Origin: Octopus sinensis | Lineage: Eukaryota | Direction of reading: 5' to 3' | DNA: 64,000 nucleotides | NCBI RefSeq assembly: GCF_006345805.1 | Contig: NC_043005.1 | Location: 7,564,001 to 7,628,000, forward strand | Part shown: positions 14,073 through 28,049 of the stretch, piece by piece | Numbering within the stretch: the first letter of the stretch is position 1 | Layout of the letters: every line of letters begins with the position of its first letter | Made by a program: the position numbers and the translations under genes | The notes under the pieces: generated by a model | What the model was told of the DNA's origin: nothing | The model's input: only the letters and a program-made list of their open reading frames with translations | The model's database searches: none

Positions 14073-15139
14073 GTTAGATGATAAGCTGGAGAGCTGTACT
14101 GAGGTTTAGTCCATTTTGGTTTGGTTTCTAATGCCCTTCCTGATGCCAATCACTTCACAGTGTACAGGGTGCCTTTACATGTCACCGACATGGCTGCCTT
14201 TGACATGCCTTCTCAAACACAGCAAATCGCCAAAGGTCTCTGTCACGTGTCATCACCTCCATGAGCTCAACATCTGAAGATCATATTTCACCACCTTGTC
14301 CCACATCTTCCTGAGTCTACCTCTTCCACAGGTTCTCTCCACTTTTTACGTGGTCCATATGCATCACATGACCATACCAGCACAGTCTTTCACACTACGT
14401 CTGATGCCTCTTATAACTAATTTTTCTCTTAAGGCAAGTAAATAAATAGATAAATGTATAAAAATAGTTAATTCATTATAAATAGATAGAGAAAATAATT
14501 AATTGGCATATCAATTAAATAATCCTTTCTACTATAGGCAGAAGGCTTGAAATCTTTGGGCAGGGGGTACTCAATTAGATCGACCCCAGTATGCAACTGG
14601 TACTTAATTTATCGACTCCAAAAGGATGAAAGGCAAAGCTGACCTCGGCAGAATTTGAACTCAAAATATAAAGATTGACGAAATACCACTAAACATTTTG
14701 CCTGGCTTGCTGATGATTCTGCCAGCTCACCACCTTCTTATCAACTAAATTAAAACAATAAGTACTGCATAGTCATGTTTTGTTTTGTTCGGTTCAATGT
14801 AAACAAGCTGTGTAATTTGTATTACAGCAATGTGAATGGCACTACTGGAGTTGGGGGAGGACAGAAGGAGAAGTGTTGTTGAGAGAGAGAGAGGTTCCGG
14901 TACAGAAGAGAGGTTTCTGGTGAGGACAGGAAAGGATGGGTGCATCATGGATAAGGAAACAATGGAACAATTGTGCCTTTAAGAGCCAAAGCAGTAATGG
15001 AGAGAGAGAGGGGCAATTCAGATAAATTTTTTACACAGTAGCAAAAGGAGAAACTAAGTTAACTAGAGCTAAAGCCATGAATACATTAAATTACATTAAA
15101 TTAATATAATTACATATATATGTACATATATACATACAC

Positions 15140-15182
<43 letters not shown>

Positions 15183-15193
15183 CAATGATGATG

Positions 15194-15224
<31 letters not shown>

Positions 15225-15412
15225 GGGTGCGGTGAATAAATTGATGTCTAAACCAGTGATTCCCAAAGTGGGCAATAATAGGGTGGCCAATGGATGTAAT
15301 CCCCCGCCCCGCTCAAATACAATAATGGGTTACACACTAAAGATTTTGACCTTTAAATTTGGGGAAAAATACAGATTATACTCGAGGATTTATGGTATAT
15401 ATATATATGTTT

Positions 15413-16172
15413 ATCATCATCATCATCATCGATTAACGTCTCTTTTCCATGCTGGCATGTTTTGGTCAGTTTGACTGAGGTCTGGGGAGTCAGTGGCTGC
15501 ACCAGGCTCCAATCTGGTCTGGCAGATTTTCTACAGCTGGATGCCCTTCCTAACGCCAACCATTCCAAGAGTGTAGTGGGTGCTTTTTACGTGCCATCAG
15601 CACAGGAACCAGTCAGGCGGGCCTGGGGATAGTGCTTTTTTACGTGCCATCGGACCAGGCATTGACCATGTTTGGATGATGCTTTTCTCATACCACTTTG
15701 CATGGGAGCCAGTCAAGGGGCACCAGCCCCAGCTACAATATTGGTTTTACTTGACTCAACAGGTCTTCTCAAGGATATTATTTCATATCACCCAACACAT
15801 CAGGAGTATTCTTAACAGGGCTGGACATGTGTGGTTGGGATCTCACTTTAGTTGCCGGATCTTCTCAAGTACAGCATATCTCCAAAGGTCCTGGTCTTCT
15901 GTCATTGCCTCAGTGAGGCCCAGTGTTCGAAGATCATGCTTCACCACCTCATCCCATGTCTTCCTGGGTCTACCTCTTCTACAGCTTCCTCCTACAGTTA
16001 GGGAGTGGCACTTCCTCACGCAGCTGTCTTCATTCATATGTAACACATAGCCATGCCAACGCAGTCGCCTCTCTTGCACACCACATTTGATGCTTCTCAT
16101 GCCCAACTTTTCTCTCAGGCCACTTACACACTGTCCTGTATGCACACTGACATTACACATCCAACGGATCAT
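15413..16172 (-). mobile_element. RTE LINE 3' end plus SINE family C-like tail
   Basis: ORF RRLRWHGYV..RGRPRKTW, followed by family C sequence and a (GAT)n tail. Confidence 0.75.
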
Positions 16173-16439
16173 TTTGTTTTTTATTATGAAGTAAAAAATT
16201 CTGTTTTGCCAAAGTCATGTGATATTCTGAAATAAGAGAGAAAACAGTATAAGATATTAGAAGATACTTAAAATGTACAAAATCAACAACAGAAATTTTG
16301 TATTTCTATATTGATAAACTGTAAATATAAACATTAACCAAAACAATTTGATTTACTTTCAAATTTGTTATTAAAATTATATCATACAACATTATGTAAA
16401 GCCTATATACATTTACAGAGTACATTTACACCTTCATAT

Positions 16440-17365
16440 ATATTAATTGCTCGATGTTTTAGACACTGAGCAATCCCTCTCTTTACACTGTATGAATGGT
16501 GGGAATTGAAGTTGAGGTATCATCCAGTGAAAGTCGGCTTGCGGTGTACGGATATCCTCAATCCATACTTGGTGCGTGTTATTAATACGTCCAGGAATGC
16601 TAGCTGATTGTCTTTTTCTTTTTCCATTGTGAACTGTATGGATGGCTTTATTGAGTTCAAATGGTCTAACAGCACTTGGACATCTTCCTGGTGGAGCCAG
16701 AGTATGAAGGTGTCATCAACATATCGCAGCCATAGGGTTGGTTTTAGTGGTGTTGATCTTAAATTCTCAAAGTATTCCATGTATATTGGCTATTATCGGT
16801 GATAATGGCAAACCCATAGCTAAACCCTCTTCTTGTCGATATATATCGGTATCCATACTGAAGTAGGTAGTTTCTACACAGAAGGTAGAACATTTCCATC
16901 AAGTTTCTTAGTGGTATACTAATGCGTTCTATTAGATGGGTGTTTGTCACTAGTTTTTCTTGAATCACCGATAGTGCTTCACCAGTTGGGACTTTGGTGA
17001 ACAGACTTATCACATTTAGACTCACCATCTGGTTGGATTCAATGGGAGTATCCGTGATCAATTCTATGAAGTGGATGAAATACATCATGTACAATTTTGA
17101 CTTTCCTGCTAATGGACTGATTATATCCACAAGGAAGCAGCTCAGTGGATGACATGCTGAACCTCTACAGCTCACTATAGGTCTTAATGGAATACCATCC
17201 TTGTGAATCTTAGGAAGACCGTACCTGTGTGGTAGTTTCCTGTAGTGTTGAGTTAGTTGTCTGTACTTCATAGGTGTAAAGTGATCCTTGTTCTTGCTCA
17301 AGATCTGTGACAACTTCCTCTCTGTTTTCAAAGTAGCGTCTTTCTTTACTTTGCTGTAGCTACAA
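16440..17365 (-). mobile_element. Penelope-like element reverse transcriptase fragment (frameshifted)
   Basis: YGLPKIHKDGIPLRPIVS, SLFTKVP, WLRYVDDTF, FTME.E...LAFLDV, VHRKPT. Confidence 0.88.
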
Positions 17366-18053
17366 GCGTTTTATAATGTGAGACATTATAAAATACCGAA
17401 AAAAACTAAGGAACAATAATTTGAGGTGGAGTGGGTATATAAAAAGCTTGAAATACATGAATTTAAAATTCTTTTTTAACTGTGAATTACATGTATCTTA
17501 GAATATGAGATATTATAACATGACAGACAAATGGCGTTATCTAGCAAGCCAGACACAACTATTTCTTTGGCTCGCATGTTTTGAGCATCAGAGATTAAGA
17601 TTCTGCATAAAAAAGAGGGGACAGGCACACGCAGTTTTTCAGTCCCGACTTTACGCAAACGTTTTTCAAAATATATGTTTTATAAAGTTAAGCATATTTT
17701 AAAGAATCACAATCTCAGATGTTTAAAAGCATATTCCTCAAAAAACTTTTTGAAGAAAGTAAAAGCAGAAAAATTGAGGAAAGGGGAATGGGAAAAACTC
17801 ACCTTTTTTTTTTTTTTTTTTCTTTTCAAGAATCGTAATCTATGATGCTTGAAACATACACTTCCGAATTACGATTTTTGGCGCAATAGATAATTTTTGA
17901 CTTCAGTAGGAATGCCGTTAAGAGATATATAAATACAATTTACTAAAGTAAACAGTAAGAAAATAGAGGACATTATTTACACGTTATTACAAACTCAAAG
18001 TAAGTAACTTATGTCAACTAACTCGTAATAGCTGCAAACAGTGAACCAGTTTG

Positions 18054-18475
18054 GGTGATCTTTCGTCTCTAGTAGACCTTTCCGTCGATTTCCGTAAAAA
18101 AAAATTTTTTTTGTTACATATGGGCTTGCGGGAATTTTTGAAGTAATATACATACATATACACATACACCGAGTAAAAAATTTCAGTTATCTCTCTCTTT
18201 CACACATTACTCTCTCTGTCTCTTCACACACACTAACAGAAGCACTTCACTTACACAACATACTGTCTGTCTCCCACACCCCATCAAACACACACACATG
18301 TACATCAATGCTCCCCATGAACGGTAACTTCAAAAGAATTTCCCTTGTCATACAATCGCTTTCTCTTAGTCTCTTTCGCTCTCATTACTTCAAAAGTTCC
18401 CGCAAGCCCATATGTAAAAAAAAAAATTTATTTACGGAAATCGACGGAAAGGTCTACTAGAGACGAAAGATTGCC
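18054..18475. mobile_element. MITE with ~95-bp TIRs and 8-bp TSD (Merlin-like)
   Basis: TSD ccagtttg (18046-53, 18476-83); GG...CC termini; long inverted arms. Confidence 0.85.
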
Positions 18476-19117
18476 CCAGTTTGCTTTTCACAAAACAACA
18501 AAATCAAATTTACGTTTGTGAATTTAAACGCTATTCATAAAACACCCAACATCTTTAACCAGTGATTCGTACCTCATCATAGCGTGGCGGTGAAGGTGGT
18601 TTTGTCTTTGGCCGCACTTTCGATACGGAATATATACGTCTATATATTAAAATAAAATGTATTTGCTTTGAACTGACATTATGATGAGAAGAATATGTAT
18701 ATCTTTATTAAAATTTATTTTTTATGGAAAGTTATACACAGAAACCAGTGAAACATTAATTGAAATATACCCATTACATGTAAATTGAGTTTTATTGTAT
18801 ACTTTGAAGAAATCTGAAGTAACTTCGAAGTTACAGCTTCCTCCCTCTATATATGTGTGTGTGTGTGTGAAAGGGCGAAAGAGAGAAGGCACGTAGCCTT
18901 GAATTTAGGTAACTGGGCTCTTAGAAATGAGGTTGCAGATTCGATTCCTGGTTTGGAAGGCTCTTGGGATCTTGTATATTTGGATAAAACATTTTACTTC
19001 TGGTTGCAGCAGTCCACTTAGTGGGTAATATACTTCAGCTGAAGGATACGCCCAGAAGTTTACTACTACTATATCATATTTTTACATCTTTACCAATACA
19101 CATACAAATATATACAT

Positions 19118-19650
19118 ATCAAATCAAATCAAATTTATTGGCAGAAGAACACAGTGTGCTAAACCCAGTTTAAAAAGTTATTGTTATATACAGTTTTATA
19201 CACAGTCGCCACAGCTGTCCAGAGCCTCTTTGAACAGGGGAGTGGTGGGCAGTTGAATGACATCTTGTGGTAGCTTGTTCCACGGGGCTGTGATACGAAC
19301 AGAGAATGTCATCTTCAGGCTGTTGAGTCGAAAGTGTCGGTGGCAGAGTTTGTGATCATGCCCACGAAGACCTCTATCTGGCGCAGGGGTGAAAAACTCT
19401 GCAACTGGTAGGTTTACATTCCCGTTGAAGAAGTTGAAAGCCAGGATGAGATCTCACCGCATCTTCCGTCGTTCGAGTAAAGGTAATGCCAGCCGTTGGA
19501 GACGTTCCTCATACGTAAGCTTAGACAAGCCCGCGCCCTTTCGGGTGGTTAAGTGCTGAATGTCTTTCCCGAGATATAGGTTTGAGGCCTGGCCGTAATA
19601 TTCTAGGATGGGTCAACCTAGAGTGGCGTATAAAGGCCGAAAGCCCCTAA
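19118..19650 (-). mobile_element. CR1-type LINE 3' fragment
   Basis: Minus strand encodes YEERL..RRRKMR..LRGHDHKL..FSVRITAPWNKLP; (TTTGA)n tail. Confidence 0.8.
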
Positions 19651-21399
19651 GACCGAACCTTAAGAGATCAAAAAGATGTTCTGTATACTTGCTTGAAAAA
19701 CTGTATTTTTTAAAAACTTAAGAACCTCAAGTGACTATGTAAATACTAAGAGTGTAATTTTTTTCATGTCTGCATTGTACAAAATACATTTTTGCAGAAA
19801 TTAAGGATAAACGAGTGAACACAACAAAAAGCATACCAGTGTAGGTTTATGTCAATTTTGGTATTCATAAGACACTGGCTATATTTACTGTGATGTTAAT
19901 TATCTCCCTTGTGTTTCTGTCTGTGCTCATTCAAATATCGACTATATTCAATGCATTTCCTAAAACTTTTGTTTTTACTAGCTTAATAATTAGCAAAATA
20001 AATATTTTGGCCAGAAAACACTGTATTTCACAAGGCTCTTTATGGGTTTTATAAGTATGTACGTAAGTACATGTAATAATAAATAGAGGAAAGGGAAGTT
20101 AATTGGGACCTGGAGTAGATAGAAACATCATCATCATTGTTCGACCGTGGTCGAGACAATGGAATTTACCATGCTACACCAGACCTCACGGTCCATCATG
20201 GCATTACGGAGGTCCTGTTGCTGGATGCCTGTATCCCTGGAGATTACATCAGAGGAGGAGAGTGTGTGCCCTCTGGTATTGCGAGTAGATGGCTTCCAGA
20301 GAAGAGTAGAAATTAGCTCTTTTTCAGCTCTACAACAATGTCCAGCAAACTGGACTCTCCTACCTTTCACAAGAGATGACACAGGTGGTAGTTTCCCATA
20401 TATTTGCATATAGAAACACTTCTTCCAAGAGAAATAATGAACCTGGTAAGGACTCCACTGTTCACAAGTTTTACACAAGATGCAACTCCTATTCTGGAGC
20501 TTTCAAAGTGAGTACAACTCGTACAGGTGAGAACAGAGGATAGGTAGGGTAAAGGTACGCCAGCCTCTATCACCATGTTTTAGCATTCTCTTCACCCTTA
20601 CAAGAGAATGTGAATTTTCTCAAGTATTGCATGTTGTGGATCTTTGTCATCTCTTTGTCCTGTTTTTCTAGGTCTCCCACCTTTACAGATACTATCCCCT
20701 TTGAGTGCTTGACATTTTTATGCAGTTGTTGTCATCTGTACACTTTGTATGTCCATTCCTATGTAATCTTATTTGATCAATATATCAGATTCCCCTTAGG
20801 CCCCAATTATTCTCTCAGCTCATTTGTTACATTACAAAGCCAGTGGAGCATATTCCTGTCATTTCTTTCCAGTGTTCACAAACCTGCTAAATTTAATGTC
20901 CATGTTCTGCTACAATAAAACAATGCATCATAGTTTGTCCTTTACTCTGAAAGACAAATCCTCTGTTGCCAATAAAGGTTAATAACGCCCTGAACTTACA
21001 ACTCTTTACTCTGGCTCCTATGCTTTTGGTACACTTACATTTACTGCTAATTAAGTCATTTAGGTAATAGAAGCTATCAAGTACTTCGAGAGAGGCACAC
21101 AGAGAATCCATTAAACAAATGATATTAAAGTTTACTGCAATTACTGCATATGAATTCTATCTTCTCCATCAGCCTAACTCAAATTCCACTCGGAAATCCA
21201 GAGTCTATATTCAGTACATCATACAGAATTTCTACTTACACATCTTCTACACATCAATCTAAATCCAACTCAAGTTAGCAATGAAAAACAGGAAAAATAT
21301 GAAAAAGATTTTGTAAGTTAAAATGTGGCAAGATAAAATTTAATTGTAGATAATCAAAACCAAAATGGATTTAAATAACTCTAAAATTTTATATCAAGG

Positions 21400-22620
21400 T
21401 AGGCTGGGAAATGGATTAGAGAAAACAATTTGTAGCAGTTTCACTATCAAATAGCAGTGTTCAAAGAAGGATTAGCAATATTGATATCAATGAGTAAGTG
21501 CATGAGATAAAGTCAGCAACATTTAACTTAATTCAGCTTGATGAGTCAACTTATGTGTATAGCTACTGGGATTTTAAAGTTATGTTTGCTCTGCTTAATT
21601 TAAGGGGGAGTTTCTCTTTTGTTTCCCTCTCAAACAATCAAAGCTTCAGATACATTGGAAAATGTTTCATCTTTCACGGAATCATAAAAACTTTTGTGAG
21701 ATGTCTATAGGTACTGTACAGATGCTGTACCAGCTATACTGAGATCAAAATCTGGATTTCAAGTTTCTAAAGAGAAATAAGCTCCAAAACTGAAAGTATT
21801 TGTTATATGACCCATAAAACATACCCAGCTCAAGAGGTTTTGAATATTTGTTAAAGGTGGAACTTTTACCTTTTGAAGCAGCTATGTATTGACATGGAGT
21901 TCAAAGATTTTAAAAATAAAAAACTGAATGAGTGTTTGGTCTTCGAGATAAGTTCAAATTATTTTTGGAAGTTCAAAATGAAATTTTGTACCCTGTTGAA
22001 TCATGAGAAATAGATCATACAACTCATATTTGATCAGTTTTTGAGCAGCTAAATGAGCTGAATCTTCAAATGCAAAGAAAGAATATACATCATAAAATTC
22101 ATCGATTCCTGGAAAGCTTTCATGAACTGGAAAATTAGGAGAAAAATGAGCATACCAAAAAGTTTAATGTTTGAGAAACTACCAGTCATTTTTGATGCTG
22201 GTGGTGAAAAGCAAGTGCTTCTAGAATTTCCAAAACACAAAATTTTGTAGCATTTGATAGCACCACGAAATGAATTCAACCAATATTACCTTGAAATCAG
22301 TAATGAGCAGATGTTGGTAAGCGCTAGGGCATTGAAAATGTTCCTGGATGATTGTTAGGATGACTTTCTCAGCTGAAGAACAATTCAAGAGCAAACATGG
22401 TTTTTCGTGAGAAAGCTATCACAAAATTTTAATGGAAAATAACTGAAACTGGCAAAAGAGTCAGACACGCATTGCTTCCATTTGTGTCAACATACTTTTG
22501 TGAATGTGGCTTTTGAACTCTGCTGCAGTAGATTTAAAGTTGAGAATGACTTGCATTATGCCCCTTGAAACACTCCTTCATACATTTGAGAAGTGACATA
22601 GAAGTAATCTTCAAAAGAAT
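21400..22620 (+). mobile_element. Degenerate hAT/Buster transposase remnant
   Basis: IQLDEST, LNLQMQ and PFVSTYFCECGF motifs in broken frames. Confidence 0.65.
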
Positions 22621-22844
22621 AAAATAGATCATGATAACTTTACTTTCTAGTGATTTTTTTTTTGTTTGTTTATTGAAACATGTACGTTTCAGTAACATAA
22701 TTAGCTGTGAATATAAAAAAGGTACTCCTTTATTCAAGTTTTAAAACCAATCCACATTTTCTATTGCATTTGCATTTTTGAAACTCCATTATAAAAATAA
22801 TCTAAGAAAAATAAATATTGGGTCATCCTATAAATAATGCGGTT

Positions 22845-23012
22845 TTTCACGTAAAAAACACCATCCGTTCGTGGCCGTTGCCAGCCTCGCCTGGCTCCCG
22901 TGCCGGTGGCATGTAAAAAGCACCATCCGTTCGTGGCCATTGCCAGCCTCGCCTGGCCCCCGTGCCGGTGGCATGTAAAAAGCACCATCCGATCGTGGCA
23001 CGTAAAAAGCAT
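22845..23012 (+). repeat. ~60-bp tandem repeats from the SINE family C interior
   Basis: Repeated cgtgccggtggca.gtaaaaagcaccatccg.tcgtggcc units. Confidence 0.8.
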
Positions 23013-23436
23013 GAAAGGTGTTCTTCAATCTGGATAATGCTCAGCCACATAAAGCAAGGATGACATTCCAAAGGCTGGAGCAGTTTGAATGGGAAATGAT
23101 GCCCCATCTTCCATTTTTGTCAGACATTGCTCCATCTTCATTATCATTTATTCCACAAGAGGACTGTTGCAAGTCTACAGGAGAATAGATGGAAGATCAT
23201 TATAGAAAATGAAGGAGAATATATTTTAGATTAAAAAAGAACTTTATCTTAATTTTGAAGAATAAAAGAAATATTTAAGAAACTGCATTACTTATGAGAT
23301 GACCCAATATGTATTAATACAGTAAGTGTATATGTATTAATTTAGTAAAAATAAGATTTTTAATATTACATGTGTGTTATTTTAATTCACCTTTTGACTT
23401 ACACAATGTAAAAAAGAAAAGACTGACATTCTAAAT

Positions 23437-23439
<3 letters not shown>

Positions 23440-23468
<29 letters not shown>

Positions 23469-23843
23469 GCTGAAGTTGTCTGTGTATGGTAGGTTTGGTA
23501 GCCTTCAACTAACACTATCTCCTCCGAGACCCTGCAGCGCAAGTTGACCAAAATTGAGAGTATGATAGAAGGCTTGCTCTTCCTTCCACAGAAGAAAAAA
23601 TTCAAATCGGACCATGTTAACACCAAAAGTTATTTACATCAAAAAGGTGCTTTTTTTTCTATGAAAATCCCTATTTTTTACGATTTTTTTGACGGCCATG
23701 TTGCCATTTTTCGGTGTATTTCAACCAGAAAAATGTTCACTTAAAGAGAATAACAAGCTACATAATGTAAAGTTTTTACTTTTCAAAAATTCCAATTCTA
23801 AAGGGTTGAAACAAACCCGAGCAATGCCGAGCGATACTGCTAG
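23440..23843 (+). mobile_element. Non-autonomous Helitron-like element
   Basis: Same 3' end as 312-680 (aaacccgagcaa.gccg.gcgatactgCTAG|t). Confidence 0.65.
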
Positions 23844-23887
23844 TATAGTTAAAAGGGGAAAAAAGTTGTGAGAACCACTGAATTGGA

Positions 23888-24147
23888 ATCATCATCATCA
23901 TCATCATCATCGTTTAACGTCCGTTCTCCATGCTAGCATGGGTTGGACGGTTCGACTGGGGATCTGGGAAGCCAGAAGGCTGCACCAGGCTCTTATCTGG
24001 CAATGTTTCTACAGCTGGATGCCCTTCCTAACGCCAACCACTCCGTGAGTGTAGTGGGTGCTTTTTACGTGCCACCTGCACAGGTCCTAGGCGAGGCTGG
24101 CAACGGCCACGGTCGGATTGGTGCATTTTACGTGCCACCGGCACGTA
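23888..24147 (-). mobile_element. SINE family C (RTE-like (GAT)n tail)
   Basis: (cat)n gtttaacgtccg..ctggatgcccttcctaacgccaacc; multiple copies. Confidence 0.8.
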
Positions 24148-24428
24148 ATATATCTGAATATTCAAAAAGAATGATTTTTTTTTTTTAAAGTACACCTTGA
24201 TAAGTTATCTCACCAATATCAATGTAGATCTGGTTAGAGTAAGGAAGCTGTTATCACAGTTTATATATTCTTCCCTAGTGAATACATTAGGAGTTAGATA
24301 AGCTATTTATTTTTTATATAATAAATCTTGGTGGTTGTGTTAAATACAGATTGCAATGGCATATCATTTAATGTTTGTTGAACAAATTTTTTCCATTTCT
24401 TTTTGTTGGTGTATCTAGTAATTTTGAC

Positions 24429-25289
24429 TTATTCTTCTGCATGAATAGCTACATGTGTTGTTAAGTGACTTTTTTGAGAGAATGATTTATCACAGATATC
24501 ACAGTGATACGGTTTCTCACCTGTATGAATGTATTTATGTTTCGTTAATTCACCATTTTGGCAGAATGATTTACCACAGATGTCACAGTGATATGGTTTC
24601 TCTCCAGTATGAATGCGTTTGTGAATAGTTAAGTTACCATTCTGACAGAATGATTTACCACAGATATCACAGTGATATGGTTTCTCCCCTGTATGAATAC
24701 GTTTGTGAGTATTTAAGTTTCTACTTCCAGAGAATGACTTACCACAGGTATTACAGTGATATGGTCTCTCTCCTGTATGAATACGTTTGTGAGTAGTTAA
24801 ATGACTTGTAACAGAGAATGAATCACCACAGATATCACAACGATATGGCTTCTCACCTGTATGGATACGTTTGTGAATAGTTACCTCATCATTTCGAGAG
24901 AAGGATTTACCACAGATATCACAATGATATGGTTTCTCCCCTGTATGAATACGTTTGTGCTTAGTTAAGTGATCATTTTGAGAGAATGATTTACCACACA
25001 ATTCACATTGATATGGTTTCTCTCCAGTATGAGTATGCTTGTGTCTAGTTAAGTTGTTTATTTGGGAGAATGATTTACCACAAACATCACAGCAATATGG
25101 TTTCTCACCTGTATGAATATGTCTATGTTTAGTCAAGGTATTTATTTGAGAGAACGAATTACCACAGATATCACAATGATATGGCTTCTCACCTGTGTGA
25201 ATATGTTTGTGAGTAGTCAGGTGACCTTTTTGAGAAAATGACTTTTCACAGATATCACAGTGAAATGATGATTTTATTTCTTTTGGCAT
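24429..25289 (-). CDS. C2H2 zinc-finger protein, 10 tandem fingers
   Basis: CxxC-x12-HxxxH repeats with HTGEKPY linkers; single coding exon; candidate acceptor at 25522 and 5' exon at 26760-26827. Confidence 0.92.
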   Translation of the reverse strand: MPKEIKSSFHCDICEKSFSQKGHLTTHKHIHTGEKPYHCDICGNSFSQINTLTKHRHIHTGEKPYCCDVCGKSFSQINNLTRHKHTHTGEKPYQCELCGKSFSQNDHLTKHKRIHTGEKPYHCDICGKSFSRNDEVTIHKRIHTGEKPYRCDICGDSFSVTSHLTTHKRIHTGERPYHCNTCGKSFSGSRNLNTHKRIHTGEKPYHCDICGKSFCQNGNLTIHKRIHTGEKPYHCDICGKSFCQNGELTKHKYIHTGEKPYHCDICDKSFSQKSHLTTHVAIHAEE

Positions 25290-25659
25290 CTCTTTAAGGA
25301 AAAGTCAATCCTTTATATTTCTGACATAAATCCTTTTCCATCATTTTTCTATTCTCACCACAATATATGACTACTTTTCTTATTTTTAGTTTTTATGCTT
25401 TCCCATGTTGATGGAAATACTTTTGAAGAGCGTTGGAAAGTTTTGCCATTAATCTCAGTTCTCAAATATTGATGATGCATCCGAAGCCAAAATTTGTTTC
25501 ACATCAATGTTGTCTGATGCTCTGAAAATAATACAAAAACAATGTAAGAAACAAAGATTACTTAAAAAGTAAAGATTTAACAATGGAAATTTTACATTTT
25601 TGTACAAGTAAACTGTAGAAATAAGATGTATTTCTAAATATACCAAATCAAATCAGATA

Positions 25660-26090
25660 TCAGAAAGCAGAACCAAAATCGAAGTCGATCAACATCAATG
25701 GAAATTGCAGCTGTGATACCAGTGCCGGTGACAAGTAAGCGAACCATCCAATCGTGGCCGTTGCCAGCGCCTGGCCTGGCCCCCGTGCCAGTGACACGTA
25801 AAAAGCACCATCCAATCGTGGCCGTTGCCAGCCTTGCCTGGCCCCCATACCGGTGGCACGTAAAAAGCACCATCTGTTCGTGGCTGTTTGCCAGCTCCGT
25901 CTGATACCTGTGCGGATGGCACATAAAAAGCACCCACTACACTCGCGGAGTGGTTGGCGTTAGGAAGGGCATTCAGCCGTAGAAACACTGCCAGATCGGA
26001 CTGGGCCTGATGCAGCCTTCTGGCTTCCCAGACCCCAGTTGAACCGTCCAACCCAGGCTAGCATGGAAAGCGGACGCTTGATGATGATGA
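25660..26090 (+). mobile_element. SINE family C with internal 60-bp repeats
   Basis: Ends in (gat)n; tail-to-tail with the next copy. Confidence 0.8.
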
Positions 26091-26142
26091 TATTACATCA
26101 GTCTATATATTTGTAATTACAATTACACATTCAGAGTAAGTG

Positions 26143-26555
26143 TCATCATCATCATCATCGTTTAACATCCGCTTTCCATGCTGGCATGGGTTGGATGATT
26201 TTGACTGAGGGCTGGCGAACCAGATGGCTGCACCAGGCTCCAATCTTGATCTGGCAGAGTTTCTACAGCTGGATGCCCTTCCTAACGCCAACCACTCCGA
26301 GAGTGTAGTGGGTGCTTTTTACGTGCCACCGGCACGGGGTCCAGCGAGGCAGTACTGGCAATGACCTCGCTCAAATCTTTTTACACATGCCACCGGCACA
26401 GGTGCTAGTAAGGTGACTTTGGTAACGATCAGGCTTGAATGGTGCCCTTTTACATGCCACGGCACGGGGAGCCAGTCAGGCGGTACTGGCAATGACCTTA
26501 CTCGAATCTTTTTACACATACCACTGGCACAGGTGCCAGTAAAGCAACGTTGATC
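26143..26555 (-). mobile_element. SINE family C
   Basis: Reverse-orientation copy ~50 bp from the previous one. Confidence 0.8.
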
Positions 26556-27357
26556 ACTTAAATAAACTACAGTATAGTAGATAATTTTCTTTGCCTAAAT
26601 TATTCAGCATTGCTTGGTTGTGGTTGCTTAGTCCCGATCAGCACTGAATAAGCAGACCTATGACAAAAAGAGGTAGGTTTTCATGGGTAATATGAATCTT
26701 ATGACAGAACAAACAAAAAGAAAATATTATACTGCTGAACAAAGAAAGGATTAACATACCTAACTTATATGATTCTATTTCAGGTGTAAGAAGACTGAAA
26801 TGGAAGTAAGCTTTGACTACATAGTATCTGAAAGGAAAAAAAAACCTTGTTGAAAAGTTTTCAAAATTTCTGACAAATGATAAAATGAAAAGAAATTAGG
26901 GGTCTTTTCTGTTTGGCTGCACCTGTGGAAATTTCAAAGTTAAGTAAAAATTTCAAAATTTAATGTATTGATGAATTTTCCATGCTGAATATCTGGGGAT
27001 ATTTAATTTTTCCAAGAAAAAAATTTTAAAAAAGTTACAGAGGTTTCAAGTTTGATCGTTTTTTACCCAAGTCATAAAACAGGATTTGGAAGTTGTCATT
27101 TTGTGCATGACAGCATGCTAAGTCAAATGTGAACCAATGAAATATTGGCAGAATTCTGCTTTATGCATGACATATAACCCCTCATAACATTTTTAATCTT
27201 AGGAACCTTCAGAAAATTTTTGCAAATTTGAATTCTACACACAGGAATTCATACAATTGTGCAAAACCACGACCACCACCCCTAAAAAACTATTTAGCCA
27301 TTATTTTTAGCATATTTCACAACCACCATTTAATAAGCAAAAATGACTGTACGAGTA

Positions 27358-27869
27358 CTGTAAATCCTCGAGTATAGTCCACTCTTGAGTATAATACGCA
27401 GGGGATTTTTAGGGGGCTGTACCTCTGAAAAACCTAAACCTTGTGTATAATACGCACCCCTTCTCTAACTTGAGTCAAGGAGGTCTATATAACGTCCTTG
27501 GTTTGTGAAAATATATACGGTAAAGTCCTTTATTATTGTTGTATGTATAACATAATGCCAACGTGTAGCTTTGGTATGCATTTTGTTTGCAGAAAATAAA
27601 GAAATAACAGTAATAACGTTTAATAAATGTTGCTTATTGCGAGTTATGGATGATTCTTTTATGACTTCATTGCTTTCAGGCTTAGCTGAAGGTATTTTCG
27701 CGCCCGATATCACAAAATGCATCTGAATAAACATTGCCGGACAGCAAATAGAGACTCGGACATTGCTTAGAAAATTATTTTTATTTTTAACCTCGTATAT
27801 AGTACGCACTAGGGATTTTGACCTTTAAATTTTGGGGAAAAAATGTGGATTATACTCGAGGATTTACGG
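27358..27869. mobile_element. pogo/Tc2-like MITE
   Basis: TA|ctgtaaatcctcgagtata ... tatactcgaggatttacgg|TA; partial copy at ~15305-15397. Confidence 0.8.
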
Positions 27870-28049
27870 TAAATAGTTTGGGAACAGCTTGACATGTTAC
27901 TATGAAAACAGGCATGAATGTGTTTGTGACTTATGATTGGCTAAAATTACCCAAAATTTGCAAACTTTAAAAGCTATTAACTCTTTATTTATTGATTTAG
28001 GCAAAAATGAATTTCATGTCTATGATTAGCATACAAGACTACATCATTA

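Noticed and set aside
22845-23012. CRISPR-like repeat array
   Set aside because: The spacers are themselves repeated, the DNA is eukaryotic, and the units belong to a SINE.
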